A stretch of 63,844 bases of DNA, the filler included, from Stramenopiles sp. TOSAG23-6 (taxonomy: Eukaryota), in assembly GCA_900128565.1 (NCBI GenBank). It is 9 parts of 9 records of this genome, joined end to end, with 100 filler letters (N's around TTAATTAATTAA, not from the genome) between each part and the next. Parts side by side here need not be neighbours in the genome. Positions count along the whole stretch, not along the records: positions 47,121 to 54,843 come from LT636526.1; positions 54,944 to 62,662 come from LT636527.1; 7 more parts are not named here. One strand, written 5' to 3'. The position numbers and the translations under genes were made by a program. Below the pieces are notes generated by a model. That model saw nothing but the letters and a program-made list of their open reading frames with translations. It did not search any database and had not been told where the DNA came from. Shown piece after piece: positions 48,625-62,155 of the stretch. The first letter of the stretch is position 1; every line of letters begins with the position of its first letter.

Positions 48625-50397
48625 TATACTTAATACAATTCGACTTCCTTCTATGACTTTTTGTACTTGATGAAGATTTTCTTGTCCTGCTGAAAAAATA
48701 ATTAAACGTCTGGAATTTGGTGATACTAAATGTGTTGTTTTGTTAGGGTTAGGGTTATCTATCGTATCTATATTTGTCTTTTTCTCTTTTTTTCTCTGGA
48801 TTTCGTGTTTTGCTTTTTCAATGACGTCATCGAGTCTTTTTTGATGCCAATGATTCAATCTATTTGGTAACTTTTGATGATGATTGAGTAAATCTTTCTT
48901 TTTTAAACCATTTGATAGATTGTACAACAATATTTCAATTTTTTTTTTAATTTTTGTTAGGTACAAAAAATTCAATTAAAAAAAAAAAATTTACAAAAAA
49001 ATGTTAAAAAAAAATTGTTCAAAAAAAAATGAAAAATAAATAATGAAAAATAAATAATGAAAAATACAATATAAACGAATAAAATCGTCAACTGACAATG
49101 TGTCATTTTGTACATTAAGAAATTTCAAAAGACCTTTCCAGCTTTTCTTTGTTGCTAAATTTTTCATTTTGTAAAATAATGCATATTTTTGAAAATCTGT
49201 AAAAGTCATACAACAATTTTCTTCATTTTTTGAATTTTCTTCATTTTCTTCATTTTTTGAATTTTCTCCATTTTCTGAATTTTTTGAATTTTCTTCATGT
49301 TTTACATTTTCTTCATTTTCATCCATTGTACTTTTAAATTCATTGAATATATCAGCTACTATTTCTCTTGACCAAATCAAAGTATTGTGAAAAAATATTA
49401 AAAAAAAAAATACTAAAATTTGTTAGGTACGAAATTTCGTATGAAAACCAAAAAAAAACCAAAAAAAAAAAATTAGATAAAAAATTGAAAAAAAAAAAAA
49501 CATACAATATTCTTTTGTTTCTTCAGTCGTACATAACTCACAAGACTTAGGACATGAATTAGACACAATATCAGCTTGACAACCTCCGTTCTTTGCATAT
49601 GCCTCACATGACATTTTAGCACCCATAGCTAAAATATCTTCATCATAACACCCTCCACCATCTTTCATCATTGCTGAAATGTCGTGATCGCCATCTAACC
49701 AGGCAAAATGCCCTCCCGTGAAATCAAAGTCTTGGTCTGATAAATATAATAAACCTGAATAATCATAAAACTCAGTATTATTCTTATCAATATGAGGGTG
49801 CCAGTATTCATCATGGATTGATCGAGGCGACCAAGTCGAGTTACCAACCGTCCTTGTTACAAAAGTTGGGGCAGTAAAATGAAGTGTTGATAGATTGAAT
49901 TCTTCCATAATTTTTCGTCGAATCCGTTCAATTATGTTCTTATAGAGAGCATACTCAGTCGTAGAAAACTGTGCTGGTTGTGTCTGTGCATGTTGATCCA
50001 AGGTAGGATTTAACTTGTACATATTGGAGTGGCCAAAAGAGTCACGAATGAAACCAGTATTGATGTCCATTATTGTAGGACCGCCCGAATGCGACCGTGG
50101 TGTCGCATATTGAAGCCCTTTTTGTATAATACTTAATAAACCATCTTGTTCATCAGATGTGACAAAATTTTCAACGACGACACGTGCACAGTTATCCCTG
50201 GGATGACAACCATCTACAAAACCACCGGAGGAATTCTTTATCGCGTCATCATATTGTGAAGAACACTCAATAGGCCACTTTTGTATAAGAGGTACACCTT
50301 TGGACCATTTTGGTGTATACATTTCACGAGGATATTGTAAAGCCATAACCGGCAATACTAATACACAAAACAGGAAAGTAATGAAGGTAATATTCAT
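48625..50397 (-). CDS. 2OG-Fe(II) oxygenase (OGFOD3/P4H-like) with ShKT insert, multi-exon; 3' end uncertain
   Basis: Signal peptide, GGPTIMDIN, FTAPTF, DEYWHPHIDK, DYSGLLYLSD..F.GG.F, ShK-like C...CPKSCELC; later RLIIFSAGQENLHQVQKVIEGSR. Confidence 0.8.
49380..49505 (-). mobile_element. Introner-like GT-TT intron
   Basis: GAA TAT T|gtatg...cacaatacTT|TG ATT TGG; the acceptor copies the exon TT. Confidence 0.75.
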
Positions 50398-50693
50398 GGT
50401 TTCTTTTCTTTTGGATTATCGATGCGCAAAAATTTGTTAAGAGTCTTGTAGTTGTAGACAATCTTCTTTTTCGCGAAAGACGATTGAAATTGATTTGAGA
50501 GATTTGTGTGTACCTCCTTAACGCTAACCCTAGCGTAGAAGAGCTCTAGCAGGAATGTTCCAATTTTAAAAACGGTTGAATTTTGTGAACTGAATACTTT
50601 TTTACAAACTGTACCTAGTACTGCTATACAGTTCAGTACGCTACATTTTATACATTCAGGCAAAACGTATAGACTACGTATTGCATTGATCAA

Positions 50694-53496
50694 TTGATGA
50701 ATATGCGACTTATATTCTTTTACATTGTGCAATATATATTTGTTACGCGTATTTCAGTGATAGGTTCTATTTATCCAGAACCAGAACCAGAAAATGGACC
50801 TGTAAGATTTTATAAAGTGAATCCTCATACTGGTGAAATATTTATTCCACCACCAAAAGACTGGAAGGGACAAAGTGCTAGTCCTCCTCCACGATCACCT
50901 GAATTTCAACCATTCCAACCACTATTTCGTCCTACATCACCTGAGTTTCAATCAGGCCAATCTCGAAGTCGTAGTCGTAGTCCTCCACCACAACAAATAA
51001 CTGTTGTAAATGAGGTGACGTGTCCTCCTTTGGAGGAATTCCCGTCTATTGATGCTCAAGTCAGTGAGACGCTAAAAAGTATACTTACAAAAGTCAAATT
51101 AACTGAAAGTGAGACTAAGTTTCATATAGATAAACCCCGTATTATTATCGAAGAACAGATACGAAAAATGTGGGCAACTGCTGAGGTGAAGCCTTATGGA
51201 TCAAGTCAATATGGTGCTTATATACCAAGTGTTTCTGATGTTGACCTTATTGTAAAACTACCCGGTGAATCAACAGATGTTCTGCGACGTGCACAACTTA
51301 AAGATTTATCAATATTTTTAACCAAGACATCGAATTTAATTAATGTTAAATACATTGATGCAAAAAATTACCCTCTTGTATCATTAGAATGTCAAGGAGT
51401 TAAATTTGACATATTGATGTGGACTCTGAATTTCCAGGGGAACGAAGCGATTTTGGAATCCAAGGCATCACTTGAAGCTCATGATCAGAGTAGAGATTTA
51501 AATATCTTACTGAAGTTATACCTAAATAATCTTCAACTCAATACAGCTGGAGGGCTCACAAGTTTCGTTTTGGTTCTTATGACTCGATTTTTCCTTGAGA
51601 CTTCAGGAAAACATCTTGAGGGCTTAGACATTGGAGATGTGCTATTTTTATTTCTTAAAATGTTCGGAAAGGATAGTCCATTTATAGCTACCGGTATTAC
51701 TCCAAGTATGTGCATGTTGCTTGAGGGTCACGCGAAATGTGCAGAATGTCCTGGACTTTGGCCAGGGCAAATGTTTATACAAAATCCTCTACGAAAAGAT
51801 TCATATCAAAATGCTGCGGCTCAGGTACGTAGCGATAAATTACAAATGGTGCAACTTGAGTTTGAAAGATTATCAACCGTATTATTATCTGGAAAAGCCC
51901 CAGAGGAAGTGTTTTCACCACTAGCACTACATGCTGCCGAAGAAATTAAAGACGCCTACTTTAAAGAAGAAAGAAAGAGGAAAAAAAAGGAACGTCAAAA
52001 ACAGGAACAGGCTCGCAAAAGACAACAACAGGAAGATGATGCAAAAAGGCAATCGGAAAAAAATAAAGCAATTCGAGAAGCTGAAAGGGAAAAAACGATG
52101 CGTGAGGAAGAAACTCGTCAAGCTGAAATAGCTGCTCAGAAAAAAGCAGCTGAAGAGGAGGCGAAAGCAAAAAAGAAGGCCAAAAATTTGCGGAAGAAAC
52201 AAAACAAGCAGAAAAGAAAAGAAGAAGAAGCAGCAGTAGCAGCAGCCGCAGCCGCAGAAGTCGAAGAAGCAGCAAAATCTGGTGTAGAGGACAAAGACAT
52301 TATGTTTGCTGTATCTCAGCCTGAACCTGAAGTGCCAAGCGATACAAGTTATGATACGATAAAAGCAAGAAAGGACAATGCTGGTATGACATTTAAAACT
52401 AGATTTTTATATCTGATACATGAAAACTTGAGGAATCTAAAAGGTGCAACAAAAGAGGAATTGATAAGTAGCTTCGAAACCAAGGGAGTCAATGATGATG
52501 ACATCGTTGTAGAATCCATTGTTAAAGATAGTATTGCTAACCTCTTGAAGGTAAACTTGATTAGAAAGGCAAAAAAATCTGGTAAATACTTTATTAATAA
52601 TAAAGCTGGAAAAGAACGAACAACTTACGCCACGCATGCAAAGTTTCAGAAAGGGTTAAAAGTATTTTTACAGTTGAATGAAACATGGAATGAATGTATA
52701 GCAAATTTGAGAATGAGTCACAGAAGATTTGTTAGAGAAATCCTACCTCTCAGCCAACAGCAGAGGTTTACGACAGCATCGCTGAGAGAAGACTTAGAAA
52801 TATTGCACCTTTTTAATATTATTGAGGTAACAAAACTTCCAGCATTATTAAAGGGGCAGAATATGACATTCTACCAATATGTATGTTTTCTTCATCAACA
52901 TCAATTTCATTTTGTTTTCGTATCACATTTTGTACCTAATGAATTTCAAATTTGACATATTTTTCACAATCCATAGTCTTTCTCCATCGTTTTCAAGACG
53001 CCGGGAAACAATAAGGAGAATGCTATTTCCAAAGCTTCCAAGAGGTGTGCCAAAAAAGAAAATATCTATGAAAGATGTTATTAAATCGATAAAGTTTGAG
53101 AAGGAGCTATCTGTTTTCTTTGATCTCTTTGGCATTGAATATACGACAGATATACTATCAGCTAATCTTGCAACGAATCTTTTTCATATTCCTGGTGTTA
53201 AAGATCTCTTTCATGATACTGCAATGTTACAAAATGCATTTGATCAATCTACTGCACTACCTGGAGAGTCTGAAGTAGAAGCAGCAAAAGTAGTAGAAGC
53301 AGCAAAAGAAGCAGTACGTGACAAAAGAGACAACGGAGACGCACCAAAAGCAGAACAACAAAATGAAATAATAAAACAAGCAACATCATCACAACATGTA
53401 GCGGATATGTTAGTGGCCCATTTAAATTCAAAACCTGAGCCTGGAACAATGATGACTATTCAATATGACCCTGATAAAAACGCTGATAAAATGTAA
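50694..53496 (+). CDS. Trf4/Cid1-like non-canonical poly(A)/(U) polymerase; intron 52881-52974; start uncertain
   Basis: VKPYGSSQYG.YIP.VSDVDL, IDAKNYPLV, FDI, GGLTSFVLVLM, G.VL..FL..FG, IQNP. Confidence 0.8.
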
Positions 53497-54022
53497 TAAG
53501 AAAAATTTTAAAAATGAATATTTATAAATTGTATATATTTTTAAATGATTCTTCACAAAGCTTTTAGACTTCTGTACTATTTTGGTACTCCTTTGTATAA
53601 GAACAAGGTAATACATTTGTAATTTCAAAACAAGAAAAACATTGCATTTTTTTTTGGTATTTTTTTTGTTTTTTTTTGGTATTTTTTTGGTATTATAAAA
53701 AAAAATCAAACGAAAAATGCGTTTTCTGAGTATATAATAAAAGTTAATAAATTCATAAATTCAAACAGCAATAATTCTGTACCAAATTTTTAGTAATAAG
53801 TCAAAAAATATGATCGATCATCAAAAATCGACTCGGAGTCCAAATTGTCCAATTATTGTTGTATGAAATATATTTTAATATTATACGAAAAGGAAAAGAG
53901 AAAAAATATCGTACAAAACATCAAAGATAGCTGAAGCAATAGAGTTTTTTTCTGAGATATCATAATCATTAGTGTCATTTGTGAATTAGTTGAGTTACAA
54001 GTTGAAGAAGGACTCTTTTGCA

Positions 54023-54756
54023 ATGTCTTCACGTAATAATAATAATACGATGTCGCAACAACAGATGAAAACAATAATGATGCAACAGCAACAACACTAT
54101 CAACAAATGTTCATCTCTGTTAGTGGTGGTGCAGCAACTGTACATGGTAAGGCCGCGGTCCCATTTTTCATGCGATCTGGAGTAGATAAAAGTATCCTTC
54201 GTGAAATTTGGGATCTCGTTGATACATCTCACAACAGCCAACTTGACTTTGCTCCGTTTATGACAGCCATGAAATTGATAGCATTTGTGCAGCAACGTGG
54301 CAGACTTCCTTCAAATGTACGTCAAAATGTCAGTGCAATTAACCAAATGTTTCTCCCCCTTGCTCAATTTCAAAAATACCCAAATGCAGTACAACAAGAA
54401 AGGCTTCAAATGAAACATCCTGAGCTACCTATTGAGAAACGTCATTTACAACAAAATTCTTTCTTGCCATTGGCTGACAAGTCGACTCATAATAACTCTA
54501 CTGTGCAATTAAATTCAATACATAATGATAAAAATCAACACACGATAACATCATCAGGTACACATGACAATGCTGACCCATCCAATTTATTAGGATTAGA
54601 TTCGAAATCAAATGTGCATCTGGATCCTATAGTACGTGATTATTACACATCCATATTCCAATCTCTAGGCATTAGTTCTAGTGGTACAGTATCTGGTAAA
54701 AAAGTAGTACATTTTTTTTTACGATCTGGTGTTGATAGAAATACTTTACGTTTGAT
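54023..54756 (+). CDS. EH (Eps15 homology) domain protein (3'-partial)
   Basis: G..AVPFFMRSGVDKSILREIWDLVD......LDF..F.TAMKLI; second EH domain begins at YTSIFQ...VSG..V..FFLRSG. Confidence 0.88.
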
Positions 54757-55089
54757 GTATGTTTTATTTATTTTTCAAATTCGAAGTTTTTTTTCATACG
54801 AAATTTTGTACCTAACAAATTTAAGTTTTTTTTTTTTGAAATANNNNNNNNNNNNNNNNNNNNNNNNNNNNNNNNNNNNNNNNNNNNTTAATTAATTAAN
54901 NNNNNNNNNNNNNNNNNNNNNNNNNNNNNNNNNNNNNNNNNNNAAAAAAAAATAAAAAAAAATTTTCATAAAAAAAAAAAAAAAAAAAAAAATTTCATAA
55001 TTTTTTTTTTTTTTTTTTTTTTAATACGAAATTTTGTACCTAATTTTTTTTTTTTTTGTAAAATTTTTTATATTTTTTTAACAACACAT

Positions 55090-55844
55090 AAGCTTATCTT
55101 TGATATCTATGATGCGGATAATAATGGATTCATTGATAAAGAGGAATTAATACGAATATTGCGAATTATCTCTGATGGTGATGAAGAAGTAGAATTTGAG
55201 AGACATGTATGTTCCAATGAAAAATGAAAATTTCTAAAAAAAAAAAATCAAAAGTTTTTTTTTTCATATATTACTATGAAAAATTCCAAAAAAAAAAAAA
55301 TCAAAAATTTTTTTTTTCATACGAAACATTGTACCTAACCAAAAAAAAAAATCAAAAATATTTATCATCATACATTTATTGTTAGGTAATATATTTGAAA
55401 AGTTGGATGTCGATAAAGATGGAAAGATTTCGTTTGATGAATTTAAGGATGTATGTTTTTTTTTTTTTTTTTTTCGAATTCGAAATTGAATTTTTTTTTT
55501 TATAGTAAATTTTGTACCTAACAATTTTTTTTTTTTTTTCAAATTCGAAATTGAATTTTTTTTTTCATAGTAAATTTTGTACCTAACATTTTTTTTTTTT
55601 TTTTTNAAATATTTTTCCAAAATACATGNNNNNNNNNNNNNNNNNNNNNNNNNNNNNNNNNNNNNNNNNNNNNNNNNNNNNNNNNNNNNNNNNNNNNNNN
55701 NNNNNNNNNNNNNNNNNNNNNNNNNNNNNNNNNNNNNNNNNNNNNATTTTGTNCCTAACATTTTTTTTTTTTTTTTTGAAATATTTTTCCAAAATACATG
55801 GTGTATCGGCTGAACCAAGACTCGTGAATGCTTTTTTTTTCTAA
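55090..55844 (+). CDS. Calcineurin-B/NCS-like EF-hand protein, last exons
   Basis: KLIFDIYDADNNGFIDKEEL; IFEKLDVDKDGKISFDEFKD|GV..EPRLV; acceptors end in AT. Confidence 0.8.
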
Positions 55845-56247
55845 ATCAACGAAACGACGTAAATTATCAAAAACAAAATGATTTTAAATTGTTTAATTTT
55901 GAACATGAAAAAAATACAGAATAATTAATTTTCTGAATTTTTTAAAAGATGTAAAAATGTATCCGAAAATAGTACAATTGACTATCAAACAGTATACTAT
56001 TATAAGGTATTATAGAATTTATATATAATATATATATATATAGAATTATTAAAATATAATATATATCCATAAAAGGATCGAGAAGAAATAAAAAAATATT
56101 TTTTTGAAATTTTGAAGAAATAAAAAAATATTTTTTTGAAATTTTATAAAAAAAAAAAAAAAAAAAATATATATTTTTTTGAAATTTTATTAAAAAAAAA
56201 GAATGGGTTACCCTAACCCTAGTACACAGTAGAGGTATATGAAGATT

Positions 56248-58166
56248 TCAAAAATGAACCGTTTCTTTAATAACCTCATAATTTCGAAGTGCATCTGGAA
56301 CGTATACTTTTTCAAATGCCATGTTTTAAAAAAAATACATCAGAAAAAAAAATGTTAGTAAAAAAAAAAAAAAAAATTGTCAAAAAAAAAAAAAAAAATT
56401 TTCCATGATTTTTTTTTTTTTGAAATATTCTAAAACGTACAATGGAAAAGGAGTATCATAGCCACATACTCGTCTTAGAGGCGCCTCTAAATTAAGAAAA
56501 CAATTTTCTTGAATATATGCAGTAATTTCACCAGCAAATCCGCCTGTTATTGGAGCTTCCTACATTTTAAAATTAAAAAAAAAAATTGTTAGGTACAACA
56601 TTTACTACGAAAATATTTCTACATTTAAAAAAAAAATGTAAAAAAAAAAAAAAAAAAATTTGGTATTTATGTACGAAATTAACTACGATTTTTTTTTAGG
56701 GTTAGGGTTAGGGTTACGTACATGAGACACAATTAATCGACCAGTCTTCAAAACTGAGTTTCTTACCATATTTCGATCCCATGGCAATACTGATCGTAAA
56801 TCAATCAATTCACACGAAATACCGTCTTTTTCTGCCATAGTGCATGCTTCCTCTAAAACGTCAACTTGACTACCCCATCCAACAACAGTAACATCTGTTC
56901 CCTTTTTTTTCAAATATATATTTTAAAAAAAAAATCTTTTTTTGTTTAGGTACAAAATTTTGTATGAAAAAAAAAAAAAAAAAAAAAAAAAAACTTTTTT
57001 TTTTTTAATTTTTAGGTAAAAAATTTCCTATGAAAAAAAAAAAAAAAAAAAAAATTTAAAAAAAAAAATTTAAAAAAAAAAATTTAAAAAAAAAAAANNN
57101 NNNNNNNNNNNNNNNNNNNNNNNNNNNNNNNNNNNNNNNNNNNNNNNNNNNNNNNNNNNNNNNNNNNNNNNNNNNNNNNNNNNNNNNNNNNNNNNNNNNN
57201 NNNNNNNNNNNNNNNNNNNNNNNTTTTGAAAAAATATACATTTTTTTTTTTTTTTTTTTTTTTGGGGAGAAAATTTCGTTTAAAAAAAAATTTCAAAATT
57301 TAAAAATTTTTTTTTTTTTTTTTTTTTTGTTAGGTACGAAATTTCGTATGAAAAAAAATTTCAAAATTTCAAAATTTTTTTTTTTTTTTTTTTTTGTTAG
57401 GTACGAAATTTCGTATGAAAAAAAATCTCAAAAAAAAAAATGTTGTACGATTCATTAAGAAAACAAACATGACAATTTTAAGACCTGGAGTACCTGCAAA
57501 GTATGCTTCTGGGGATTGTGAATGATAGAGACCACCATGCCCAACAGCACTACACGGTGCTCGTATGGTTAAGCCACCACAATTAAACATATTTCCTGAA
57601 CGGTATCTATATTTTGCTGCTTCGTTTACAATTTGATCAAATGCAGGAAAAATATAATCTGCGAATTGAATCTCTGCAATACATTTGTACCCTTGAGTGG
57701 CATACCCAATACCAAATCCTGCAATGCCCTGTTCACATAATGGTGTGTTAAACACACGCGCTTCTCCGAATTGTTCACGTAGTCCCGTGGTACAACGAAA
57801 AACACCTCCAAACGCAACATCTTCGCCAAAAATGACGGAATTCTCTTCTGTTTCAAGAAAAATGCGCATTGCATCGTTTAGTGCTGTAAATAAGTTCATT
57901 TTTTCCATTTTTTCATCAATGTCTCGTTCCATTCGTATTATTGGTACAACAGAAGATAAATGACGACAGTTTTTTTTAATCAGTGATGGGTAGCTATCTA
58001 CAGAAGGAGGACTATAGAATTTGGAATCAAACCTTTGCGTGGTCACACTGGAGTACATGCTTCTACATGGAATGCTGAAACCCTTACTAGACTTTGAAAC
58101 TGGCCATTGTGTTCGTTTTAGACCTAAATCTATGATTCTATAAGATCTTGGAGTAGTAAATATCAT
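56248..58166 (-). CDS. BCKDHB: Branched-chain 2-oxoacid dehydrogenase E1 beta; introns include 56560-56721 (GT-AG) and 56321-56440 (GT-AT)
   Basis: [92 protein letters not shown]. Confidence 0.95.
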
Positions 58167-58534
58167 GTTTTTGTTGGTGTACTGTAATAAATTGTCATGT
58201 ACGTATATTTTATTTCAAGATACTGTCTGTGTTCTTGACTTGGGAGAGAAGTTGTTCAAACTTCAAACTTCGAATTGAATTGTGTTTTTTTTGCGAACGG
58301 AAAAAAAACATACCCGGTCCCCCAGATTTCGATTTCGTGTCCAAAAATTATTTTGATAAATTTTCGGTGAAAAATTAAAACATGAACCATTCATTCAATT
58401 TTTATAAATATATGACATTTTATTATTTTGGATTTGGAATCGATCCAATTGTCGCACCATCGCCATAACACTGTGCTAAATGCACACAGATTTATTTTTT
58501 GTCTATAAGTATATTATATAACAAATACAGTACA

Positions 58535-59674
58535 ATGCTCACAGTATTTGCGTACATTATTAGTGTAGTGTCTGCGTTTTGCAATGGCTCCTTTACAGCA
58601 CTGAGCAAAATGCCTATTGTGTTAAATGCGTGCGACACACGTTTTCCAAAGGAAACGGATGATTTATACAAAAGCGTTCTATATTCCGTGTACACGTGCA
58701 TTGGTGTCTTTCTATCATCGTTATTAGTAATACCGTTTATAAACATTGCATATGAGCATAATAAAGCTGGTGTCGTATTTTCTGGACTAGATTCATTTGC
58801 ATTTACACATTATGGCTTTCTTGCTGGCCTAATTTTTGTTCTGTCGGTTAGTTTTTCATTTGCAGCGATTCCACTCATCGGCATATCCGTCGGTACTGGC
58901 GTTTGGTGTGGTACTGCAATCATTACAAGTTTTTTATGGGGGATTTTTGCATTCCCAACTGAAAATGTTATTAAAGATTATACATTTGCCGTTTTATCAA
59001 TCGTGCTTTTAATTCTAGGTGTTCTTGGTATCACCTTTTGTAAACAAATTGCTGGTTATATTTGGAATAATCATTCAGATGTTGAAAATATTGAAGATAT
59101 TGAATATAGTGAAATAGATATTGAATATATTGAGTTAGACGCGGATAGCACATTAACTTTACTTGAAAAAGAAAAAAAAGAAAATAGTAAACGTAGTTAT
59201 GGTAGTAAAAGCAAAGGTAATTTTATTCTAGGTATTATATATGCGATCATAACAGGTCTCTTTGGTGGTAGTATTCTCGTACCTATGAAAACAAGTCCAA
59301 TAGAATATCAAGGATTAGTATTCGTACCCTCTATGGGAATCGGAACAGGACTGTCCGGGTTTCTACTGGGCGGACTTTTTTTTTTGGTTGTCCGGGTAAA
59401 ACCTTCATTTCATATACAAACAATTCTTTTGCCAGGTGTCACAAGTGGTGTTATTTGGAACGTGGGTAATATTTGTTCTATATTATCCACACAAGTTTTG
59501 GGACTCTCCGTTGCCTGTCCGTTTCTACAATGTGCTTTATTCTTTAGTGGCTTTTGGGGAATTTGCGTGTTTAAAGAATTACGCGGCCTAAGCATCATTA
59601 TATTTTTTTGTTCTGCAATAGTATTAGTTGTTGGTGCTGTTTTTCTAGCCACTTCTATTGGAACAAGCAATTAA
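58535..59674 (+). CDS. DMT-superfamily transporter (TMEM144-like)
   Basis: About ten hydrophobic segments; GSF, IG.SVG.GVW, GLFGGS.LVP, PG.TSG.IWN.GN, SG.WGI.VFKE. Confidence 0.8.
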   Translation: MLTVFAYIISVVSAFCNGSFTALSKMPIVLNACDTRFPKETDDLYKSVLYSVYTCIGVFLSSLLVIPFINIAYEHNKAGVVFSGLDSFAFTHYGFLAGLIFVLSVSFSFAAIPLIGISVGTGVWCGTAIITSFLWGIFAFPTENVIKDYTFAVLSIVLLILGVLGITFCKQIAGYIWNNHSDVENIEDIEYSEIDIEYIELDADSTLTLLEKEKKENSKRSYGSKSKGNFILGIIYAIITGLFGGSILVPMKTSPIEYQGLVFVPSMGIGTGLSGFLLGGLFFLVVRVKPSFHIQTILLPGVTSGVIWNVGNICSILSTQVLGLSVACPFLQCALFFSGFWGICVFKELRGLSIIIFFCSAIVLVVGAVFLATSIGTSN

Positions 59675-60143
59675 TGTTTGCGTTTTTGAGTTTTTGTTGT
59701 TGTATGTATAGGGTATACTTCCAGTACGAGTGAACGAATGTTGATGTTCAATCGAATGGACTAATTTAAACTATAAAAATAAAATAACGAAATGAATGGA
59801 TATTTATTGTTCAGTGATGTTCAATACTCTACGTCAACTCTGAATGTAAGTTCATTCGTATTGAGAACAAATCCGCGCTTCATACTATGATTTTATGGAT
59901 TTTACGATTTCAAGATTGGATTGGATTGATTTTTCGATATTTCTAAATATCTCCGATATATCGATATATCGGCGATATTATGTCCGATGTGTTCAAAATC
60001 TGAATTTGAAAAATTCGAATTTTTTCTCTCCCTCTCCTTCTTCGTTGTTGTTCGTCGTTTCTCTCTGCTCATCTGCTCGTATATTTTCAATATTCAATAC
60101 TGTAGTACACATCATTGTCATACTATAAGAAAAAGAATTCAAC

Positions 60144-62121
60144 ATGCAGTCATATAACCATAGTGCAAACAAAACAGTTCAACACTTTCAAAATAGAATA
60201 GCTGAAACGAAACAGACACTACTCGAGAAGCAGACGATGCTCGAGAGAGAGGCGGCGAACGTGTCAAAGCTTCAAAGTAGCTTGGCAAAAACCGTTCAAA
60301 AAATTGATAAACTATCAGAATTATCATCAACAAAACGCCAGACAACAACACTGAATATCCAAAAGAAACCAGAGGAAAAGGTGCCAGTTACTAACATGAC
60401 AATTTGTTCTAGTGGCACTGATGCTATGATGGGTGAAACAGAAGTGTTGGATGACAACTCAAGGTTTTCAAGTAGGTTTTGATTTTTTTTCAAAATTTGA
60501 TTTTTTTTTTTTTTCAAATATAATTTTGTTTCACGTTAAATTTGTGAATTTTTGTGAATTTTGTCTCTATATTTATATATGAAACGACATTCATTTCAAA
60601 TAATTGTAATTTGTTTTTTCTTTACCAAACATCGTTAATTCGAATGGCAGTCAAAAACGAAATTGAAGAGTTGCTGACGTTACAAAACAAACAAAATAAT
60701 TATACAAAAAAACAAAAAAATCATATCCACTCTAATACACAAAATATTTCATCAAACATACAAAACATACAAAACATACAAAACATACAAAATATAAAAA
60801 ATATACAAAACACAAACAACATACAAAACATACAAAATATAAAAAATATACAAAATATAAAAATTGGTGATGTTGTAACTCATCTAATTCATGGACGTAT
60901 TTCAAAATTATAATTTTTTTTTTGTATTTTTTTAAATTTTTTATTCTTCAAAAAACAAATAAAATGAAACCTAACCCTAACCCTAACCCTACTACAACAT
61001 ATCATACACAATCAAGCGGCAGTTGTGTCTTGGATAGGTCTTTTCCCTCAACTTGGTGATGGTCTCTTTCTTGGACTTACTCTACAACATTTAGACAATT
61101 ATTCAACAAAAAATAAAAAACATAAAAAAAATAAAAAAAATGAAAAAAATGAAAAAAATGAAAAAAATAAAAATATGAAATTCAAATCAAAGTCATTTCA
61201 TAATGGTTGTGATGGAGCATTAGTTATAAATGGTCACTTATATAGAAAATTTATGACAAAAAACGGATTTGGTATTTTTTGTACACTAAATGATTTACGA
61301 TATGTATGTTTTTTTTTTCAAATTCGATTTTTTTTTAGTACGAAATGTTGTACCTAACAAATTTTAGTTTTTTTTTTTTTGAAATATTTTCTTACATACA
61401 TCTTCAAAAGGATTCATTAATTCAAAATCCAAAACAAAAAAATGCTCAATATATTTCATTACGTATGAAAAATTTCATTATTCGTATTCAAATCTTCGAA
61501 TCAACAACATTTGGAGAATTGACGGAAACAGCTGCGGCGTTATTCCATATATGTTTTATTTTTTTTTTTGAAATTTTGAATTTTTTTTTCATACGAAATT
61601 TTGTACCTAACAAATTTTACTTTTTTTTTTTTTTTTTTTTTTTAAACAAAAAAATCTTTTTTTTTTTTATAAAAATTTTGTACCTAACATTTTTTTTTTG
61701 AAATATTTTTTCTTTTTTTTTTTTGAAAAAAAATTTTTTCCCAAAAAAAAAAAAAATTTTTTTTTTTTTTTTTTTTCCAAACAAAAAAAAAAAAAAAAAA
61801 AATTAAATATTTTTTTACAATACATTTTTCCAACATTAGTTTTTATTACCAAAAAAGCAAAATCGAAATGTCGTATATGGCTTGAAGAACCTCAAATACT
61901 TCAAAATGAGTTAAACAAGTATATCGATCGAGAATCAAAGTACGAGGCAGGGTTAAGTTTCCAAAATTTTCAAAAGTTTTTTCGGTCGATGAAACAACCA
62001 CTGTATTTTTTATTTCAGTTTTTCGTAGTAAATTTCGTACCTAACGAATTTAATTTTTTATTTTTAAATTTCAATTTTTTTTTTATAGATCATTTTCATA
62101 CATCTGAATATCTACTAATTC

Positions 62122-62155
<34 letters not shown>

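Noticed and set aside
55451-57430. Multiple element cores within single introns as nested insertions
   Set aside because: They lie next to N gaps and long homopolymers, so they cannot be distinguished from scaffolding overlaps
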